NCBI RefSeq assembly: GCF_032191835.1
Contig: NC_083239.1
Span: 56,854,001 to 56,918,000, forward strand
Reading direction: 5' to 3'
DNA from: Heteronotia binoei
Taxonomy: Eukaryota
Length of the DNA: 64,000 nt
The notes beneath the pieces are model-generated. The model worked only from the letters and a program-made list of their open reading frames with translations, did no database searches and was not told the origin of the DNA. This document shows positions 58,518-64,000 of the stretch, one piece after another (position 1 is the first letter of the stretch; each line of letters starts with the position of its first letter). The position numbers and the translations under genes are program-made.

Positions 58518-59221
58518 TTCCTGACCGAAGAGAAGAATGTGAACGACTGGGAGGCAACTCAGCGCAGCGCAGCTCTGCGGGAACGGAGAGGGAGGGAAGG
58601 AGAAGTCGCCTCCAAAAGGGGAAGGAGAGGAGGGGAGAGGCTCTTGGGAAAGAAGAGGCTCTCGGGCAGGCCCCATCCGCACCTCGCGCGCTTCCACCCG
58701 CCAGCCCGGACCTGCGTGTTGCGCTCTGCCTGTCTCTCTCGCTCTGAGACGGGCCAGGGAGACCCGAGCGAGTTCTTCCCGTCGCGGCCCTTTGAAGTCA
58801 AAGGCAGCTTTGATCTGACCCCCAGAAGTGGGCCCGGGAATTCCACCCCCCCCCATTGCACGCCTTCTTCTTCTTCCCCCCCTCCCTCCCGGTCTGGCGG
58901 GACTCGCCTGAGAAAGGAGCCCGTCTCGCGTGCGGCCCGGCAGGGGGGGCGCTATGGTCCTGTCCCCCCACCCCGGAGTCTGCGAGCCGGGCCCCTGCCT
59001 GCCTGCCTGCCTGCGGGGGTGGGGGGCTGAGAGGCCGGGCCTGACTCCTGGCCAAAGGCGCCCTTCTTCTTCAGCCGGGCCGGCTGGCCTGCCGCGGGGG
59101 GAGGGGCGGGGGGCAGGAAAACTGCCGAGAGTTGCAGAGCAAGCCGCCCCCCCGAAAGAGGCCTCAGGAAAGACAAGCCTGTGGGAAGGAAGAAGCAAGT
59201 GGCCAAACGATCAACCTGAAG

Positions 59222-59350
59222 TGTGAGGAAGTGGGCTTCCAGAGCACCCGGAAGCTTCCGTTCTGAATAAAACTCTGCTGGTCTTAGAGGTGCCCCTTGA
59301 CTCCTGTTTTGTTCTACTGCTTCAGACCAGCACGGCTGCCCACTTGGATC
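59222..59350 (+). mobile_element. Relic of a Penelope-like element terminal repeat
   Basis: ...tgaggaagtgggc...gaagct...gaataaaactctgctggtcttagaggtgcc...ctcctgttttgttctactgcttcagaccagcacggctgccc resembles the recalled reptile Penelope repeat. A shorter relic lies at about 62880-62935. Confidence 0.55.
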
Positions 59351-60019
59351 GATCAACCATATCAGCATCAATGCCACTTTTCGGGGGCTTTTCGAATTTC
59401 CTCCTAAAGACTCCAGTCTCGCCCCGCGCAGAAATCTCCCCGAATTGCTTGGGAGTGGGAGGGTTCCAGTCAAAGACTTCTGTGCTTAGCACGTTAATGC
59501 ATTTATAAACGACAAATAGCAGTTATCCCTTATGCTAAATTGCTTTTATCTGAAACGTATGACTGTCCTATAGATAAATGATCGGTTCTTAACTATTGAT
59601 GAGACAAGCAAACATCTACAGCTAAGAATGCATCTAGTGTGTGCTCCTTCTCTTTCCTAAGCAAGGGCAGAAGGCCAAGTTTAGCTCTTGATCTCTATTA
59701 GAAGCCAGCAAGTCCCATATTGCTCTCACTGTTTTGCCCATTAAGTGCCAAAGTTAAAAAAAGAAGCCTGTTGCAACCAGTTGGCCAAGAGCTGAACCCG
59801 GTATTGGTTCATAAGGGCAGGGAAACAAGCCTGGCGGGAAGCCGGGACCCCAGTGCTGCTTTGGGGGAGGGAGGGGAGGGGGGGGAGGGGGAGATCTGGG
59901 TGCCCTTGGGGCTACCCACTCCCTGCCAGCCTGAGGCGTTGGGGGTCAGTGGGGAAGGAAGGGCCAGGAATCAAACATGTCCTGGAGTGGAAGGAGCTCT
60001 GCCATGAACCCCTGAGGCT

Positions 60020-61998
60020 GAAGCAGCAGAAGATATTGGAGTTATATCCCGCCCTCCACTCCGAAGAGTCTCAGAGCGGCTCACAATCTCCTTTCCCTTC
60101 CTCCCCCACAACAGACACCCTGTGAGGTAGATGAAGATATTGGATTTATATCCCGCCCTCCACTCCGAAGAGTCTCAGAGCGGCTTACAATCTCCTTTAT
60201 CTTCCTCCCCCACAACAGACACCCTGTGAGGTGGGTGGGGCTGAGAGGGCTCTCACAGCAGCTGCCCTTTCAGGGACAACCTCTGCCAGAGCTATGGCTG
60301 ACCCAAGGCCATTCCAGGAGATGCAAGTGGAGGAGCAGGGAATCAAACCCAGTTCTCCCAGATAAGAGAGCTATGGCTGACCCAAGGCCATTCCAGCAGC
60401 TGCAAGTGGAGGAGTGGGGAATCCAACCCGGTTCTCCCAGATAAGAGAGCTCTGGCTGACCCAAGGCCATTCCAGCAGCTGCAAGTGGAGGAGTGGGGAA
60501 TCCAACCCGGTTCTCCCAGATAAGAGAGCTCTGGCTGACCCAAGGCCATTCCAGCAGCTGCAAGTGGAGGAGTGGGGAATCCAACCCGGTTCTCCCAGAT
60601 AAGAGAGCTCTGGCTGACCCAAGGCCATTCCAGCAGCTGCAAGAGGAGGAGTGGGGAATCCAACCCGGTTCTCCCAGATAAGAGAGCTCTGGCTGACCCA
60701 AGGCCATTCCAGCAGCTGCAAGTGGAGGAGTGGGGAATCCAACCCGGTTCTCCCAGAGAAGAGAGCTCTGGCTGACCCAAGGCCCTTCCAGCAGGTGCAA
60801 GTGGAGGAGTGGGGAATCCAACCCGGTTCTCCCAGAGAAGAGAGCTCTGGCTGACCCAAGGCCCTTCCAGCAGGTGCAAGTGGAGGAGTGGGGAATCCAA
60901 CCCGGTTCTCCCAGAGAAGAGAGCTATGGCTGACCCAAGGCCATTCCAGCAGGTGCAAGTGGAGGAGTGGGGAATCAAACCCGGTTCTCCCAGATAAGAG
61001 AGCTATGACTGACCCAAAGCCATTCCAGCAGCTGCAAGTGGAGGAGTGGGGAATCCAACCCGGTTCTCCCAGAGAAGAGAGCTCTGGCTGACCCAAGGCC
61101 CTTCCAGCAGGTGCAAGTGGAGGAGTGGGGAATCCAACCCGGTTCTCCCAGAGAAGAGAGCTCTGGCTGACCCAAGGCCCTTCCAGCAGGTGCAAGTGGA
61201 GGAGTGGGGAATCCAACCCGGTTCTCCCAGAGAAGAGAGCTCTGGCTGACCCAAGGCCCTTCCAGCAGGTGCAAGTGGAGGAGTGGGGAATCCAACCCGG
61301 TTCTCCCAGAGAAGAGAGCTCTGGCTGACCCAAGGCCCTTCCAGCAGGTGCAAGTGGAGGAGTGGGGAATCCAACCCGGTTCTCCCAGAGAAGAGAGCTC
61401 TGGCTGACCCAAGGCCCTTCCAGCAGGTGCAAGTGGAGGAGTGGGGAATCCAACCCGGTTCTCCCAGAGAAGAGAGCTCTGGCTGACCCAAGGCCCTTCC
61501 AGCAGGTGCAAGTGGAGGAGTGGGGAATCCAACCCGGTTCTCCCAGAGAAGAGAGCTCTGGCTGACCCAAGGCCCTTCCAGCAGGTGCAAGTGGAGGAGT
61601 GGGGAATCCAACCCGGTTCTCCCAGATAAGAGCGCTCTGGCTGACCCAAGGCCCTTCCAGCAGGTGCAAGTGGAGGAGTGGGGAATCCAACCCGGTTCTC
61701 CCAGATAAGAGAGCTCTGGCTGACCCAAGGCTATTCCAGCAGCTGCAAGCGGAGGAGTGGGGAATCAAACCCGGTTCTCCCAGGTAAGAGAGCTCTGGCT
61801 GACCCAAGGCCATTCCAGCAGCTGCAAGTGGAGGAGGGGGGAATCAGTTCTCCCAGATAAGAGAGCTCTGGCTGACCCACGGCCATTCCAGCAGGTGCAA
61901 GTGGCGGAGTGGGGAATCAAACCCGGTTCTCCCAGATAAGAGAGCTATGGCTGACCCAAGGCCATTCCAGCAGCTGCAAGTGGAGGAGTGGGGAATCA
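60020..61998 (-). repeat. SINE with a duplicated 104-bp tail and about 21 tandem 79-bp internal units
   Basis: Unit agagctctggctgacccaaggccattccagcagctgcaagtggaggagtggggaatccaacccggttctcccagataag; the ORF track shows 79-nt periodicity (60414, 60493, 60572 and onward). Confidence 0.95.
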
Positions 61999-62000
61999 AA

Positions 62001-62754
62001 GAAGAAGACGACTGCAGATTTATACCCCGCCCTTCTCTCTGAATCAGAGACTCAGAGTGGCTCACAATCTCCTATATCTTCTCCTCCCACAACAGACACC
62101 CTGTGAGGTGGGTGGGGCTGAGAGGGCTCTCCCAGCAGCTGCCCTTTCAAGGACAACCTCTGCCAGGGCTATGGCTGACCCAAGGCCCTTCCAGCAGGTG
62201 CAAGTGGAGGAGTGGGGAATCAAACCCGGTTCTCCCAGATAAGAGAGCTCTGGCTGCCCCAAGGCCATTCCAGCAGCTGCAAGTGGAGGAGTGGGGAATC
62301 CAACCCGGTTCTCCCAGAGAAGAGAGCTCTGGCTGCCCCAAGGCCATTCCAGCAGCTGCAAATGGAGGAGTGGGGAATCCAACCCGGTTCTCCCAGAGAA
62401 GAGAGCTCTGGCTGACCCAAGGCCATTCCAGCAGCTGCAAGTGGAGGAGTGGGGAATCAAACCCGGTTCTCCCAGATAAGAGAGCTCTGGCTGACCCAAG
62501 GCCATTCCAGCAGCTGCAAGTGGAGGAGTGGGGAATCCAACCCGGTTCTCCCAGAGAAGAGAGCTCTGGCTGACCCAAGGCCATTCCAGCAGCTGCAAGT
62601 GGAGGAGTGGGGAATCAAACTCGGTTCTCCCAGATAAGAGAGCTCTGGCTGACCCAAGGCCATTCCAGCAGCTGCAAGTGGAGGAGTGGGGAATCCAACC
62701 CGGTTCTCCCAGATAAGAGTCCGCACACTTAACCACTACACCAAAGTGGCTCTC
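62001..62754 (-). repeat. Full-length SINE with about 7 tandem 79-bp internal units
   Basis: (GAA)n tail at 62001, body, the array, then the tRNA-like head ending at ...aaccactacaccaaagtggctctc. Confidence 0.92.
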
Positions 62755-63080
62755 CACACCAAACTGGCAGGCGGAGTCCAGCAGGGGCCCCTCAGTGAAG
62801 ACCCACCAAGTTGGCTTCCAGGGTTGCAGCAGCAGCAGCGGCACATGACTCCGCAGAAGCGCCTGCACACAAAGGGTTACACTCAGAAGGAAACTGTGTT
62901 GGTCTTAGAGGTGCCCCCCCCACTCTGTGGATCAGCTGTGAAATGGACACCAGGTTTGGGCCTTGCCTACCCCCTACCCTTCCTGGACATAAAAGGCAGG
63001 GATCACACCTGGCGTGAAGACTGAACACGCTCACCTTCCATATCTGTCCATCTGCAGCATTACAGGAGCATTTGGCAAAC

Positions 63081-63356
63081 AGAAGAAGAAGAAGACAACG
63101 ACCACATATTTATACTCCGCCATTCTCTCTGAACCAGAGTCTCAGAGCGGCTCACAATCTCCTATCTCTTCTTCCCCCACAACAGACACCCTGTGAGGTG
63201 GGTGAGGCTGAGAGGGCTCTCCCAGAAGCTATCCTTTCAAGGACAACTCCTGCTGACCCAAGGCCATTCCCACAACCGCAACTGGAGGAGTGAGGAAGCA
63301 AACCCAGTTCTCCCAGAACAGCCCACACAATTAACCACTACACCAAACTGGTTCTC
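63081..63356 (-). mobile_element. Single-unit full-length Squam3-like SINE
   Basis: (GAA)n tail, body, one copy of the 79-bp region, head aaccactacaccaaactggttctc. Confidence 0.85.
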
Positions 63357-63459
63357 CACCAAACTGTATGGCAAGACCATTAGGCAGGGGCTCTAGGGCC
63401 TGTTTCTATCCTCTCCCAGCATGCCCTGTTTCTCCCCATCCCTCCCAACCTTGCAGAGA

Positions 63460-64000
63460 GGAGGGAGGGAGAGAGAGGGGGAGAGAGGAGGGAGAGAAAG
63501 AGGGGAGAGAGAGGGAGGGAGAGAGGCAGAGAGCGACACACAGAGAAAGAGAGAAACAGAGAGAGACAGAGAAACAGAGTGTGAGAGAGACAGAGAGAGC
63601 GAGAGAGACACACAGAGAGAAACAGAGAGAGCGAAACAGAGAGACACNNNNNNNNNNNNNNNNNNNNNNNNNNNNNNNNNNNNNNNNNNNNNNNNNNNNN
63701 NNNNNNNNNNNNNNNNNNNNNNNNNNNNNNNNNNNNNNNNNNNNNNNNNNNNNNNNNNNNNNNNNNNNNNNNNNNNNNNNNNNNNNNNNNNNCAGAGAGA
63801 AAGATGGAGAGAAAGACAGAGAGAGAAACAGAGAGACAGAGACACACACAGAGAGACAGAGAGACAGAGAGAGACACACAGAGAGAAACACAGAGAGAGA
63901 CGCACAGGGAAACAGAGAGAGAGTGAAAGAGATAGAGACAGAGTGAGAGAGGAAAGAGAGAGACAGACAGATAGAGACAGAGAGAGTGAGTGAGACAAAG
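63460..64000. repeat. Compound (GA)n/(GAGACA)n purine-rich low-complexity repeat
   Basis: Continuous GA/GACA/GAAA units to the window end. Confidence 0.95.
63648..63792. other. Assembly gap (N run)
   Basis: 145 Ns within the GA repeat. Confidence 0.99.

Noticed and set aside
57013-59198. Long GC-rich ORFs as a novel protein-coding gene
   Set aside because: Low-complexity Pro/Gly/Arg translations in all frames with no recognisable domain.
60371-61813. 480-aa ORF and other long ORFs through the 79-, 104- and 134-bp arrays
   Set aside because: They are periodic peptides produced by stop-free repeat units, with no start context, splice signals or homology.
60288-61998. CRISPR-like regular array
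   Set aside because: The units are contiguous 79-bp repeats with no unique spacers, derive from a SINE, and lie in a vertebrate genome with no cas genes.
63380-63998. Arg/Glu-rich and Ser/Leu-rich ORFs at the window end
   Set aside because: Translations of a GA microsatellite spanning an N gap.

Overview
GC-rich vertebrate genomic DNA from a squamate reptile, probably a gecko (inferred from the SINE and CR1 families), syntenic to human 19q13.32. Gene order is ZC3H4 (minus, N-terminal 8 coding exons, gene runs off the left edge), SAE1 (plus, complete, 9 exons, 347 aa), BBC3/PUMA (minus, complete, 176 aa), CCDC9 (plus, about 569 aa, C-terminal exons tentative) and INAFM1 (plus, one coding exon). 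A CpG-rich, TATA-containing 5' end of an unidentified transcript follows near 57.8 kb. Exons were built by hand from splice signals, phase arithmetic and recalled human protein sequences; no database search was run. Notable gene-level features are a U12-type AT-AC intron donor in ZC3H4, a 200-bp ZC3H4/SAE1 bidirectional promoter, p53, FOXO and UPRE motifs at BBC3, and a Pumilio/miR-29/Pumilio cluster in the BBC3 3'UTR. The most unusual structure is a concentration of retroposon-derived tandem arrays: an approximately 8-kb array of a 104-bp CR1 3'UTR derivative with higher-order repeats, a 134-bp CR1 3'-end array, a 104-bp SINE-tail array, three 79-bp SINE-internal arrays and a whole-SINE concatemer. 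The window also holds hAT MITEs, nested LINE insertions and two N gaps.
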